This document shows, piece by piece, positions 38,022 through 53,600 of a stretch of DNA of 53,895 nt. Every line of letters starts with the position of its first letter. Position 1 is the stretch's first letter. Position numbers and translations under genes: made by a program. The stretch is from Patellaria atrata CBS 101060 (lineage: Eukaryota). Under the pieces are notes generated by a model. The model did not search any database. It had not been told where the DNA came from and saw only the letters and a list, made by a program, of their open reading frames with translations. The stretch lies in contig MU006108.1 in NCBI GenBank assembly GCA_010093705.1, forward strand, positions 328,843 through 382,737. Reading direction: 5' to 3'.

Positions 38022-41000
38022 AATATAAAGATTAAATTAAGAAATAATTATATTATAAATTAAATATTTATTTATAATAATTCTATCTTATTAATTTTTA
38101 GCTTAACTATTTTCTATTTAATTAATTATAATTATAAGATCTCTTCCGCGTTTAAACCGATTAAGACCTTATATAAACTTATTAAATATAGGAATAAGAC
38201 TAATATTATAATAAGTTATTATATTACCTCTCTTTTTAATAGTAGAAATCGGCCTTAATTTCTATTATAATATTAATAGAATTTTATAATACTTTATTAT
38301 TATTTATTTATAATATTTAAATATTTATATTAAATCTTTCTTCTTTATAATATTATTATCGTTATATAATTATATTTTTTTATTAAAGTGGAAGGCTTTT
38401 AGTTATTCTTTAAGTTAAATTAATAGTTTAATATTAATTAATCTTTAATCGTGAAATTCCTTAAACTTATATAATATCTCGATAAAGTTTTAAACTAAAT
38501 ATTATATTTTATTTAGATTATAGTTAATCTAGTTTACTTTATACTATAATTTATTATAAAAGATACGGTTAATTAATATCTTATTTAATTTATATTTAAA
38601 TTCTCTATTAATTTCGATTAATAACGATAATTTTAATAATTATTTAAGTAATAAATTTATTAAAGCTTTTCTTAGTCTATTAATATAGAAAATATTCGAT
38701 ATCTTTATATTATTAAATAAATCGATTATATAGAAATATCTCTTTATACTAATTATTTTATATAGACTCGTGTTTTAATAATTAAGTTTAATATTTAATC
38801 TATCTAATATTTAACTCTTTTATAAGATAAATATATAATTTTTTAAGTTAAAGTTTAGTTCTTATTAATATTTATTAGCTAATTTAGTTTATATTATTTA
38901 CGTTTTTACTAAATTACTTTTCGTCTATTAAATAGTATTATAAATTTATTTTATAAATAATTAAACTTTCTTTTTATTTATCTTTTCTTAAATAATCTTA
39001 TATTTATTTAGATTTATTTACTTTTATTAGTTAAAATATATCTATAGTTAGTAACTAAACTTTAATTTATAAAATAATATATTTATTAATTTATAAACTA
39101 ATATAATTTATATAAAGTCTATTATAAATAATAATTCTAACTAATTATTTTAGTAATAGTTTATAAAAGATTAAAGTTATAAATTTATATATTAGTTAAT
39201 AATCTTTATTTCTCTATTTATCTATAAATAATAAGTTATAAATAGTTTTTATTTCACTTTTATTAATTTATAAAGTTTATCTATAAATATAAATATAAAT
39301 TATAGATTATTATTTAATATCGCTATTTTTAGTATATTATATATTCGTTATATATATTTATAGTATAGTTTTATAGTTATTTTAATTAAGATATTTTTAA
39401 TATAAAGAAATAAGATTATTTTCTTTCTTAGTTAATCTATTATTATAAATATTATTTTAAAACTATATATATTTTTAAGAAACGATTTAAAGTTAAAAGA
39501 AATATATTACTAATATCTATTTTCTATTAATAGTAATTTTAATAAATTAAAGATTTTATCTTTTAATATATATATTTAGCGATAAATATAATAGTTTTAA
39601 ATATATTTTTTTTATATTAACTATTAAATTAGATTAATAATATTATATTTAAATTAATTTTCTTATTTTCTTTATTTTTAAATATTCTATAACTAGCGTG
39701 TTATATATTTTTTATATTAAATATATTTTAAAATTATCTATATTTAGAATTATAAGTCTATTAAATTTAATAAATAAACTATTTTATAGTTTCTAATATT
39801 TCTCTTTAATTTTAATTTACTTTTAATATATTAATAGAAAGTTATATTTTCTATTTACTTCTAAAATTTAATTTATTAATAGATATATTAATAATAATTC
39901 TTAGTTTTAATTAAGTTTATTTTAAATATATTATTTTAAATTTATAAATATATTCTTTCTTTTTTTCTTTTAAAATTTAATCTTCTTTTCTTTTTTAGTA
40001 ATAAAAATTATAAAGTAAATAAATATTAGCTTTAATTTAAAATTAAAATTAATATATTTCTTTAATATATTATCTCTCTTTTTTAAAGTTTTAGCTATTT
40101 TAAACTTTAAGTTTTAAGTTTTAACTTTCTTTATCTTCTATATTAATAAAGACTTAATTATTATTATTTTAACTATTATAATTTAGACTTTAAATCTTAA
40201 GTTTAAAGTATATTTCTTTATTATCTTCTTTATAAAGATTATATATTTTCTATTATTCTAAGATATCTTCTTAAATAGTAGTTATTATTTTATAAAAAAT
40301 TAAAAAGATATTATTATTATATTTAAATTAATTAATATCTTAATTTATATTATAATATCTTTATTTTTTACTATTTTTAGATTCTTTTATTTATATAAAA
40401 ATATATTTATAACGACGTTTTAAGCTCTAGATTAGTATATAATTTAAAAGTAAAAATTAAATAAAGTTTTATTTTATTAAACTTATTAAATATTAAATAA
40501 CTATTTTATAGTAAAATATTCTAATACTTTATAATTAATAATTATAGTAAAAAGGATTTACTATAATTCTACTAATATATTTCTTTATTTAATTAGTACT
40601 TTTATTATAATTAATATCTTTTTATTATAAATTTTATACTTTAATTCTATTTCTAATAATATCTTTATTTAAAAGGTAACCGGTCTTTAAATCTTTCTAT
40701 AAAACTAAGATAAGACTATTATAATAACTTTATTATTATAATTAAATTTAACTTTTATTTTAAGTAAAAAGTTATAGTATATTAATATTTAATTTAATAA
40801 AATTAGTTTTTTAGCTTTTTTAAATACTTTTTCTTCTTTTAACTTAAGTAATTATTATACTTCTTTTTAGATCTAAACTATTAATAATTATATTATCTAA
40901 TTAAACTTTTTAAGAAACTTTTAATAAAAGTTATAAAATTCGTTAAATAATAAAATATCTTTTATATTTATAAATAACTTCTAGTTTTAAACTATTTTAG

Positions 41001-42616
41001 TTTTCTTTAAGTTTATTATTATTTTATTAATATTAATAATAAACTTTAAAAATTTAGTTTTTATTATATAAAACTTATTTTTCTTTATAGTAATTTATAG
41101 ATCGACTTTTATTAATACTTTTAATACTTTAATAACGTGAATCTTATATAAAGTAGATTAAAATATTATTAATATATATTATATAAAAGTTATTTAAGTA
41201 ATTAAAAAGTACTTTATTAATAAACTATTAAAATAAAGCTAATTTATTATATAATTTAAATAATAGTATTTTATATTTAAATAATCTATATTTTATTTAA
41301 AATATAGTAAAGTTTTTAATTATCTCTTTTATCTAAATTTAATAGAATATTTATCTTATATTTAATTTAATAAAAATTTTAACTTATTATAATTATATTA
41401 ATATTTCTTTAATTAATAATAATAGATATTTATCTTTTTTTATAATACTATTTAATTTTTAATAGTTAATATAAAATTTCTAATTATCTTTTAACTTCTT
41501 AGCGAATAGTATTAAAAACGCGTATAATACTTTATTTAAAATAATAAATCTCTTTTAAAGATACTTTTCTAGATAGTTTTTCGCTAATTATAAATATTTA
41601 ATAAATATATTATATAAGAAGTTAATAATAAGATTATTATTTTAGTTTAATATTATATTATAATTTATATTTTTTTTAAACGATAATAGTTTAATTAATA
41701 TAAATTTTAAAAATATATAAATTAAATAATAATACTTTTTAAATAGCTTCTCGTAAATTATTATCTTATAAGTATTTTTATTTTTATTTAAAAAGTCTTT
41801 ATCTTTTATAAATTAATTTTATATTAAAGAGTTAATTTTATATAAATTTATAATATTTATAATAATATATTTATACTTTATATTTTATAGATAATTTTCT
41901 TTATTAATTAAATAAATACTTATATAGATTCTAATAATATTAATCTATTTATTTAACTTTAACTTTAATTTTTTAAAGAGATTTAATATCTTTTTCTTTA
42001 TTAGATTTAATAATTCTAATTTTATTTTTTAAAAATTAAAATTAATATTCTTAATTTATAAATTTAATTATTTCTATTAAAATAATTATAGTTTTCTTTT
42101 TTAATTAATTAATATTATAAATTAATTTAAATTTATAATTTACTTTTTAAAATTATAATATTTTATTATTAATTTTTAATTATAATAGTTTATTTTAATT
42201 AAATAATTTAATAATATTTATAATTAAATAAACTATTAATTTTAAAGAACTATTTTTTATCTATAAATATATTATTATAATTTATATTTATTATTATAAT
42301 TAGTATTAACTATTTTTATTCTTTAATTATAAGACTTATTTTAAATATTTAATTAATTAATATTATCTTTAAATTATTAAAGATATTAATTTTAATCTTT
42401 TAATCTATTTTTCTAATTTTAATTTTAAAATATTATTTTAAAGCGGGTAATTATCTCTTATTTAATAGAGTATATTTTTAAATTTTAATATAAATTAAAG
42501 TCTTAAATTATATTATAATTTTATTCTTTAAAATTTAATATAATATTATAAATAATTTTTTTAATATTAAATTATTAATTTATATTATTAATACTTTTAT
42601 TATTAATCTTAATATA
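38022..42616 (-). mobile_element. A-related subfamily A' (pol plus truncated 3' LTR at 38022-38223), left-arm copy
   Basis: Colinear with A pol but with non-RIP differences and a different LTR 5' part; mirror of 42933-47602. Confidence 0.8.
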
Positions 42617-45600
42617 GTCTATAAAAAGAGTTAAAAACGTAATAAATTAATTAAAATAATTTTTATCTTAATAATAATAAATAGAATTTTATATTAATTA
42701 AAAAATAAAGAAATTATCTTATTTATAATATTATAAATAATAAAATAAACTATAATTATTTAGAAATTTATAAATAATTACTTTAATTATAATAAAATTA
42801 AATATAAAGTATTAAAATATAAAGAATTAAAGAAAATAATTAAAGTAAAGTTAATTTAAAAAGATAAATATTAAAGTTTAAAATTTAATTTAAAGTTAAA
42901 TTTAAAAAATAAGAAACTTTAAATAAAGACTTTATATTAAAATTAATAATAAAATTATTAATAATATTAATTAGCGATTTAATATTAGAAAAGCTATTTA
43001 TAATATTATATTAAATTTTAAAAAATAGAATTATAATATAATTTAAAGCCTTAATTAATATTAAAGCTTAAAAGTATATTCTATTAAATAAGAGATAATT
43101 ATTTACTTTAAAATAATATTTTAAAATTAAAGTTAAAAAGATAAATTAAAAGATTAAAATTAATATTTTTAATAATTTAAAGATAATATTAATTAATTAA
43201 GTATTTAAAGTAAACCTTATAATTAAAAAATAAAGATAGTTAATATTAATTATAATAATAAATATAAATTATAATAATATATTTATAAATAAGAAATAAT
43301 TCTTTAAAATTAATAATTTATTTAATTATAAATATTATTAAATTATTTAGCTAGAATAAACTATTATAATTAAAAATTAATAATAAAATATTATAATTTT
43401 AAAGAATAAATTATAAATTTAAATTAATTTATAATATTAATTTAATATAAAATTATAAGATAAAGTTATTAATAAATAAAAATATAATTAATAGAAAGTA
43501 TTAATTAATTAAAAAAGAAAATTATAATTATTTTAATAAAAATAATTAAATTTATAAACTAAAAATATTAGTTTTAATCTTTAAAAGATAAAATTAAAAC
43601 TATTAAATCTAATAAAAAGGAAAATATTAAAACTTTTTAAAAAGTTAAAATTAAAACTAAATAAGTAAGTTAATATTATCGAAATTTATATAAATATTTA
43701 TTTAATTAATAAAGAGAATTATCTATAAAATATAAAATATAAATATATTATTATAAATATTATAAGCTTATATAAAATTAATTCTTTAATATAAAATTAA
43801 TTTATAAAAGATAAAAACTCTTTAAATAAAGATAAAAATACTTATAAAATAATAATTTATAAAAAATTATCTAAAAAGTATTATTATTTAATTTATATAT
43901 TCTTAAAATCTATATTAAATAAACTATTATTATTTAAAGAAAATATAGATTATAATATAATATTAGATTAAAATAATAATTTTTCTATTAACTTTTTATA
44001 TAATATATTTATTAAATATTTATAATTAATAAAAAACTATTTAGAAAAATATCTTTAAAAGAGATTTATTATTTTAAATAAAATATTATATATATCTTTA
44101 ATATTATTCGTTAAAAAGTTAAAAGATAACTAAAAATTTTATATTAATTATTAAAAACTAAATAATATTATAAAGAAAGATAAATACCCGTTACTATTAA
44201 TTAAAAAAATATTAATATAATTATAATAAATTAAGATCTTTATTAAATTAGATATAAGATAAATATTTTATTAAATTTAAATAAAAAAGATAATTAAAAA
44301 TCTTATTATATTTTAAATAAGATATAAATTATTTAAATATAAAATACTATTATTTAAATTATATAATAGATTAATTTTATTTTAATAATTTATTAATAAA
44401 GTACTTTTTAATTACTTAAATAATTTCTATATAATATATATTAATAATATCTTAATTTACTTTATATATTTATTAAAATATAAGATTCACGTTACTAAAA
44501 TATTAAAAGTATTAATAAAAGTTAATCTATAAATTAATATAAAGAAGAGTAAATTCTATATAATAAAAATTAAATTTCTAGAATTTATTATTAATATTAA
44601 TAAAATAGTAATAAATTTAGAGAAATTAAGATAATTTAAAATTTAAAGCTATTTATAAATATAAAAGATATTCTATTATTTAATAAATTTTATAACTTCT
44701 ATTAAAAGTTTCTTAAAAAGTTTAATCGGGTAATATAATTATTAATAATTTAAACTTAAAAAGAAGTATAATAATTATTTAAGTTAAAAGAAGAAGAAAT
44801 ATTTAAAAAAACTAAAAAATTAATTCTATTAAATTAAATATTAATATATTATAATTCTTTATTTAAGATAAAAGTTAAATTTAACTATAATAATAAAGTT
44901 ACTATAATAGTTTTATCTTAATTTTATAGAAAAATTTAGAGACTAATTATCTTTTAAATAAAGATATTATTAGAAATAAAATTAAAATATAAAATTTATA
45001 ATAAAAAGATATTAACTATAGTGAAAATATTAGTTAAATAGAAAAATATATTAATAAAATTATAGTAAATTCTCTTTATTATAATTATTAATTATAAAGT
45101 ATTAAAATACTTTATTATAAAATAATTACTTAATATTTAATAAATTTAATAAAATAAAATCTTATCTAATTTTTACTTTTAAATTATATATCGGCTCGAA
45201 GTCTAGAATATTATTATAGATATATTCTTATATAAATAAAAGAATTTAAAGATAATAAAAGATAAAAATATTATAATATAAATTAAAATATTAATTAATT
45301 TAAATATAATAATAGTACTTCTCTAATTCTTTATAAAATAATAATTATTATTTAAGAAGATATCTTAAAATAATAGAAAATATATAATTTTTATAAAAAA
45401 GATAGTAGAGAAATATATCTTAAATTTAAGATTTAAGATTTAAATTATAATAATTAAAATAATAATAATTAAGCCTTTATTAATATAAAAGATAAAAAGA
45501 GTTAAAGTTTAAGACTTAAGATTTAAAATAGTTAAAACTTTAAAAAAAAGAGATAATATATTAAAGAAATATATTAATTCTAGTTTTAAATTAGAGTTAA

Positions 45601-47602
45601 TACTTATTTACTCTATAATTCTCATTATTAAAGAAGAAAAGAAGGTTAAATTTTAAAAGAAAAAAAGAAAAAATATATCTATAAATTTAAAGTAATATAT
45701 TTAAAATAAGCTTAATCGAAATTAGAAACTATTAATAATATATTTACTAATAAACTAAATCTTAGAAGTAAATAGAAAGTATAACTTTTTATTAATATAT
45801 TAAAAATAAATTAAAATTAAAAAGAGATATTAAAAATTATAGAATAATTTATTTATTAAATTTAGTAGATTTATAGTTTTAAATATAAATAATCTTAAAA
45901 TATATTTAATATAAGATATATATAATACGCTAATTATAGAATATCTAGAAATAAAGAAAATAAAAAAGCTAATTTAAATATAATATTATTAACTTAATTT
46001 AATAATTAATATAAAAAGATATATTTAAAACTATTATATTTATTATTAAATATATATATTAAAAGATAAAACTTTTAATTTACTAAAATTATTATTAATA
46101 AGAGATAAATATTAATAATATATCTCTTTTAACTTTAAATTATTTCTTAAAGATATATATAATTTTAAAATAATATTTATAATAATAAATTAATTAAAAA
46201 AGAAAGTAATCTTATTTTCTTATATTAAAAATATTTTAGTTAAAATAATTATAAAACTATATTATAAATATATATAATAAATATATAATATATTAAAAAC
46301 GATAATATTAGATTATAATCTATAATTTATATTTATATTTATAGATAAACTTTATAAACTAATAAAAGTGAAATAAAAACTATTTATAATTTATTATTTA
46401 TAAATAAATAGAGAAATAAAGATTATTAATTAATATATAAATTTATAACTTTAACTTTTTATAAATTATTATTAAAGTTATTAATTAAAATTATTATCTA
46501 TAATAAATTTTATATAGATTATACTAGTTTATAAATTAATAAATATATCGTTTTATAAGTTAAAATTTAATTATTAACTATAAATATACTTTAATTAATA
46601 AGAGTAAATAAATCTAAATAAATATAAAACTATTTAAGAAAAGATAAATAGAAAGAAAGTTTAACTATTTATAAAATAAACTTATAATATTATTTAATAA
46701 ATAAAAAATAATCTAATAAAAATATAAATAATATAAACTAAATTAGTTAATAAATATTAATAAGAACTAGATTTTAGCTTAAAAGATTATATATTTATTT
46801 TATAAAAGAGCTAAATATTAGATAAATTAAATATTAAGTTTATTTATTAAAACGCGAGTTTATATAAGATAATTAGTATAAAAAGATATTTTTATATAAT
46901 TAACTTATCTAGTAATATAAAGATATTAAATATTTTCTATATTAATAAACTAAAAAAGACTCTAATAAATTTATTACTTAAATAATCGTTAAAACTATTA
47001 TTATTAATCGAAATTAATAAAGAATTTAAATATAAAGTAGATAAAATATTAATTAACTATATCTTTTATAATAAATTATAGTATAAAATAAGCTAAATTA
47101 ACTATAATTTAAATAAGATATAATATTTAATTTAAACTTTATTAGAATATTATATAAGCTTAAAAAATTTTATAACTAAAGATTAATTAATATTAAACTA
47201 TTAATTTAATTTAAAGAATAATTAAAAGCTTTTCACTTCGATAAAAAAGTATAACTATATAATAATAATAATATTATAAAGAAGAAAGGCCTAATATAAA
47301 TATTTAAATATTATAAATAGATAATAATAAAATATTATAAAATATTATTAACGTTATAATAAAAATTAGGGCTAATTTCTACTATTAAGAAAGAAGATAA
47401 TATAATAATTTATTATAATATTAGTTTTATTCTTATATTTAGTGAGTTTATATAAGGTCTTAACCGATTTAAATATAAAAAAGATCTTATAGCTATAATT
47501 AATTAAATAAAAAATAGTTAAATTAAAACTTAATAAAATAAAATTATTATAAATAAATATTTAATTTATAATATAATTATTTCTTAACTTAATCTCTATA
47601 TT
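42617..47602 (+). mobile_element. Subfamily A' (gag end, pol, truncated 3' LTR at 47401-47602), right-arm copy including the spacer
   Basis: Starts abruptly in the 3' end of gag; PR-RT-RH-IN-chromodomain colinear with A2. Confidence 0.82.
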
Positions 47603-50064
47603 TATAATAATATATTATAATATTAATTTTATATTTCTTATATTAAGTATTTAATTTATTTATAAAAAATCTTTATTAAATTAGATATAAAAAAGATCTT
47701 TAAATATTAATTAATTAAATAAAAGATAATTAAACTAAAATTTAATAAAATAGAATTATTATATATAAATATTTAATTTATAATATTATTATTTCTTAAC
47801 TTAATCTTTATATTTAATAATTAATAATAAAAATAGTTAAAATATAATTATTATAATTATATTATATTATTATATTAAATTAAGTTCTTTAATAATCTTT
47901 AAAAAGACGATATAATATTTTAATTAAAATATAATATTAATTTAATTAATAAATAATTATTAAATTAATCGAGAATTTATAAATAGCTAAACTTTATTAA
48001 TAATAAAGTATCTAGTATTTAAGAGTATTAATATTAATAATAATAATAATTTAATATTTAAAAAAGATTAAGATTAATAAATATAAATTATTTAAAGAAA
48101 TAAATATTATAATAAATTAAATAAAATAGTTAAACTTTTAATAACTTTAATAAAATAAATAAATAATAAATTAATTATAAATTTAAAAGTAAAAAGTAAT
48201 ATTAAATTAAAAAAAAAAAGAAAAATATATTAATATAAATTAATATTAAAAGTAGTTAATTAATAAATTATTAATAATATTTTAAAAATAAATTTATAAA
48301 ATCTATTAAAAGAAATTTCTAAAATAATAGAAAAAAAGAAATCTTTTAAATATACTACTATTATAAATAATTAAAACGCTAATATAATTAATAGAATAAA
48401 GAAATAAATAGTTAAAAATCTAAATTAATTTATAATAAAATATTTTTATATAAAAATAAAGCTTATAATTTAAGAAATATAATTTAGAAAGATAGTAAAT
48501 CTTATTAATAAAATAATATTTAACTTATAATTAAAGTTATAAATATACTAAATAAATAAAGAAGCTATAAAATATCTTTAAAATAAAATTAATAATTTAA
48601 AAAGATAAATTAAATAGTTTAAACTAAATTAAAAAAGTATTTAATTTAATAATAAATTTAATAATAAAGAATTATTAGTATTATATAATTATAATAATTA
48701 AGCTAAAATAATTAACTTAATTAAAAACTTTAGAAGTAAAGACGATAATAAGATAAAAAAGTTCTTTAATCTATTAAAATTAATTAATAGTAAAAAGTTA
48801 ATCTATAAAAAATAAAAGAGCAAAATAAATAATAAACTTTATATTAATAATAATTAATTTTAAGATAAAAGAATAAAGACTATTTATATTAAAATATAAA
48901 TTAATAATAAAATAATTAAATATATATACTTTTTTTTAAAATTAAAGGAGAATAATATAATTTTAATAAAATTAATAAGATTTTTAAACTAAATTTATAA
49001 AGACTTAAATAGATAATTAAAAGTTAAAGATATATTAAAGAAATTAAGATAAAATTATTTAATAAACTTTCTAAAATTCTAGTTTATATTTATTTAACTA
49101 GTTAATAAAGCTAAATTATTATATAATTAGTGGAAAAAGAAACTCTATAATAAACTCTATAATAATTTAAGATTAATAATAATAAAAGTTATAAATAACG
49201 ATAAAATTAGCTTTTAAAAGTATTATAATAAAGTTATAATATAAATATAAGAGTTAAAAAAGTTAGATAAAATTAGTAAAATTTATAGAAAAAATTAAAA
49301 ATATAATAAATTAATTAGAATAATTTTTATCTTAATAATAATAAATAGAATTTTATATTAATTAAAAAATAGAGAAATTATTTTATTTATAATATTATAA
49401 ATAATAAAATAGATTATAATTATTTAAAAGTTTATAAATAATTATTTTAATTATAATAAGGTTAAATATAAAATATTAAAATACTAGAGATTAAAAAAGA
49501 TAATTAAAGTAAAGTTAGTCTAAAAAAACGAGTATTAAAGTTTAAAGTCCAATTTAAAGTTAATTTTAGAAAACGAGAAATCTTAAATAAAAACTTTATA
49601 TTAAGGCTAATAATAAAAGTATTAGTAATATCGATTAATAATTTAATATTAAAAAAGTTATTTATAATATTATATTAAATCTTAAAAAATAGAATTATAA
49701 TATAATTTAAAGCCTTAATTAATATTAAAGCTTAAAAGTATACTTTATTAAATAAAAGATAATTACCCGCTTTAAAATAATACCTTAAAATTAAAGTTAA
49801 AAAGATAAATTAAAAGATTAAAGTTAATATCTTTAATAATTTAAAAATAGTATTAATTAATTAAATATTTAAGATAAACCTTATAATTAAAGAATAAAAA
49901 TAGTTAATATTAATTATAATAATAGATATAAACTATAATAATATATTTATAAATAAGAAATAGTTCTATAAAATTAATAATTTATTTAATTATAAATATT
50001 ATTAGATTATTTAGTTAGAATAAACTATTATAATTAAAAACTAATAATAAGATATTATAATTTC
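47603..50064 (+). mobile_element. Family A, copy A4, right-arm copy (LTR at 47603-47874)
   Basis: Mirror of 35556-38021. Confidence 0.85.
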
Positions 50065-50336
50065 TATAATAATATAATATAATTATAATAATTATATTTT
50101 AATTATCTCTATTATTAATTACTAAATATAGAGATTAAATTAAGAAATAATAATATTATAAGCTAAATATTTATATATAATAATTCTATCTTATTAAGTT
50201 TTAGTTTAATTATTTTCTATTTAACTAATTAACACTTAAAGATCTTTTCCACGTTTAATTTAGTAAAGATTTTTTATAAATAAACTAAATACTTAATATA
50301 GAAAATATAGAATTAATATTATAATATATTATTATA
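50065..50336 (-). repeat. Solo family A LTR, right-arm copy
   Basis: Mirror of 35284-35555. Confidence 0.85.
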
Positions 50337-50663
50337 TATATTAAGTTTAGAATATAGTAAAATCTTTAATTTACTTTATTATTTATATCTAATAAAATAT
50401 TTATTATATATTAAATTTTATAAATATTTTTATATATTATAGCTAGGCTAATATCTTTTTTATAAATAATAATAAATATTTATCTTTCTTAATAATATTA
50501 TTAAGCTTTTAATAATTTATATAAAATCTTTAATTACTATTTAATTTCTTAATAAATATTATTAAAGATATATATAATATCTCGCTTAATTTAATAAATC
50601 CTTTTTAAAAGTACTTTTTTAGATAATTTTTTATTAATTAAAGATACTTAATCGATATATTAT
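50337..50663 (-). pseudogene. pol: Family C RT fragment, right-arm copy
   Basis: Mirror of 34957-35283. Confidence 0.7.
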
Positions 50664-53600
50664 TATAATAATATAATATAGTTATAGTAATTATATTTTA
50701 ACTATCTTTATTACTAATTATTAAATATAGAGATTAAGTTAAAAAATAATAATATTATAAATTAAATATTTATATATAATAGTTCTATCTTATTAAGTTT
50801 TAGCCTAACTATTTTCTATTTAACTAATTAGCGTTTAAAGATCTTTTTTATATTTAACCTAATAAAGATCTTTTATAAATAAATTAAACACTTAATATAG
50901 AAAATATAGAATTAATATTATAATATATTATTATATTATCTTTCTTTAATAGTAAAAATCGACTCTAATTTTTATAGTAATATTAGTAATATTCTATAAT
51001 ATAATCTATTATCTATTTATAATATCTTAAAATTTATATAAATTCCTTCTTTTTAGCTATATTATTATTATTATATAGCTTTACTTTTATCTTAAATTTA
51101 AAGGCTTAAAGTTATTCTTTAAGTCGAATTAATAGTTTAATATTAATTAATCTCTAATTATAAAATTTTTTAAGTTTATATAATACTTTAATAAAGTTAT
51201 AAATTAAATATTATATCTTATTAAAGTTATATTTAATCTAACTTATTTTATACTATAATTTACCGTGAAAGATATAATTAATTAAGATTTTATCTATTTT
51301 ATATTTAAGCTTATTATCTATTTCGATTAGCGATAATAGTTCTAGTCGTTATCTAGATAATAAGTTTATTAATACTTTATAAAATTTATTTATATAGAAT
51401 ATATTCGATATTTTTATATTAATAGATAAATTAATTATATAAAAGTATCTTTTTATTTCTATTATTTTATATAGACTTATATTTTGATAATTTAGTTTAA
51501 TACTTAACCTATCTAATATTTAATCTTTATATAAGATAAAGATATAATTTTTTAATTTAAAATTTAGTTTTTTCCGATATTTATTAATTAATTTTATTTA
51601 TATTATCTATATTTTTTCTAAATTATTCCTCGCCTATTTAACGATATTATAGATATATTTCGTAAATAGTTAAATTTCTTCTTTATTTATCTTTTTTTAA
51701 ATTATCTTATATATATTAAGATCTATTCACTCTTATTAATTAAAATATATTCGTAGTTAATAATTAAATTTTAATTTATAAAGAGAAATATTTATTAATT
51801 TATAAATTAATATAATTTAAATAAAGTTTATTATAAATAGTAACTTTAATTAATTATTCTAATAATAGTTTATAAAGAGTTAAAGCTATAAATTTATATA
51901 TTAGTTAATAATCTTTATATCTTTATTTATTTATAAATAGTAAGTTATAAATAATTTCTATTTTATTTTTATTAATTTATAAAGTTTATTTATAAATATA
52001 AAAATAAATTATAAATTATAATTTAATATTATTATCTTTAATATATTATATATTTATTATATATATTTATAATATAGCTTTATAATTATCTTAATTAAGA
52101 TATTTTTAATATAAAAGAGTAAGATTATTCTTTTTTCTAATTAATTTACTATTATAAATATTATTTTAAATCTATATATATTTTTAAGAAATAATTTAAA
52201 GTCGAAGATAATATATTATTAATATTTATCTTTAATTAATAATAATTTTAGTAAATTAGAAATTTTATTTTTTAATATAAATATCTAATAATAGATATAA
52301 TAATTTTAAATATATTTATCTATATTAACTATTAATTTAAGTTAATAATATTATATTTAAATTAGTTTTTTCATTTTCTTAATTTCTAGATATTTTATAA
52401 TTAGTGTATTATATATATTTTATATTAAATATATATTATAACGGGAGTCTATACTTATTAAGATAAAACTAAATAAGTTTAGAAATACGCTTAACTTCTT
52501 ATTTAATATAATTAACTATAAAGATAGATTTAGTAAAGTAATAAAATATATATAATAAAAGTATTTTAAATTAATAATATAACTTATTAACTTTTTAACT
52601 TTAGATAATACTTATAATAAGATAAGATATACTATATAGAAATAATATAATAAGTGAAATTAAGTTTAAAACTATAATATTTAAATCTATAAATAAAATT
52701 AATAATAAAAATAATTATAAAGAATTTAAATATATAAAAGAAAAATTATTTTTAAATATTTTTATTCTTTATAGTTAATTTAGTTATTTATATTTTAATT
52801 ATTCTAATTATTTTAATTATTAGTTATTTTCTATAACTAATATAACTAATAATTATTATTTAGTTATTTTAATTATTAATTATTTTCTATAATTAATATA
52901 ACTAGTAATTATTATCTAGATTATATAATTCTTTATTACTTATTTTATTTATAATTTTCTTAAATAGTATTTCTTCTTTTCCCTTACTTATTATCTATAT
53001 ATTCCTATAATTTATAGCTATAATAATATATTTTAAGATTATTTATATCTAAAACTATAAATTTACTAAATTTAATAAATAAATTATTTTATAATTTTTA
53101 ATATTTTTTTTTAATTTTAACTTACTTTTAATATATTAATAAAGAATTATACTTTTAATTTATTTCTAATATTTAATTTATTAGTAAATATATTACTAAT
53201 AACTTTTATTTTTTATTAAACTTATCTTAAATATATTATTTTAAATTTATAGATATATTTTTCCTTTTTTTTATTTTATATTTAACTTCTTTTTCTTTTT
53301 TAATTATAATAGAAATTATAGAGTAAATAAATATAAGCTTTAATTTAAAATTAAAATTAATATATTTTTTTAATATATTATTTCTTTCTTTTAAAATTTT
53401 AATTATTATAAACTTTTAATTTTAAATTTTAATTTTCTTTATTTTTTATAAAAACTTAATTATTATTATCTTAATTATTATTATTTAAACCTTAAATTTT
53501 AGCTTTAAAGTATATTTTTTTATTACTTTTTTTTTAAAGATTATATATTTCTTACTATTTTAAAATATTTTCTTAAATAATAATTATTATTTTATTAAAA

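Larger units (their letters stand above)
33376..52245. repeat. Large inverted (fold-back) segmental duplication: arms 33376-42616 and 42933-52245, extending further as about 24880-25941 versus 52245-53895
   Basis: All element junctions are mirrored with a near-constant coordinate sum: 34685/50935 and 35555/50065 (85620); 37750/47874, 38021/47603 and 38223/47401 (85624). Confidence 0.92.
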
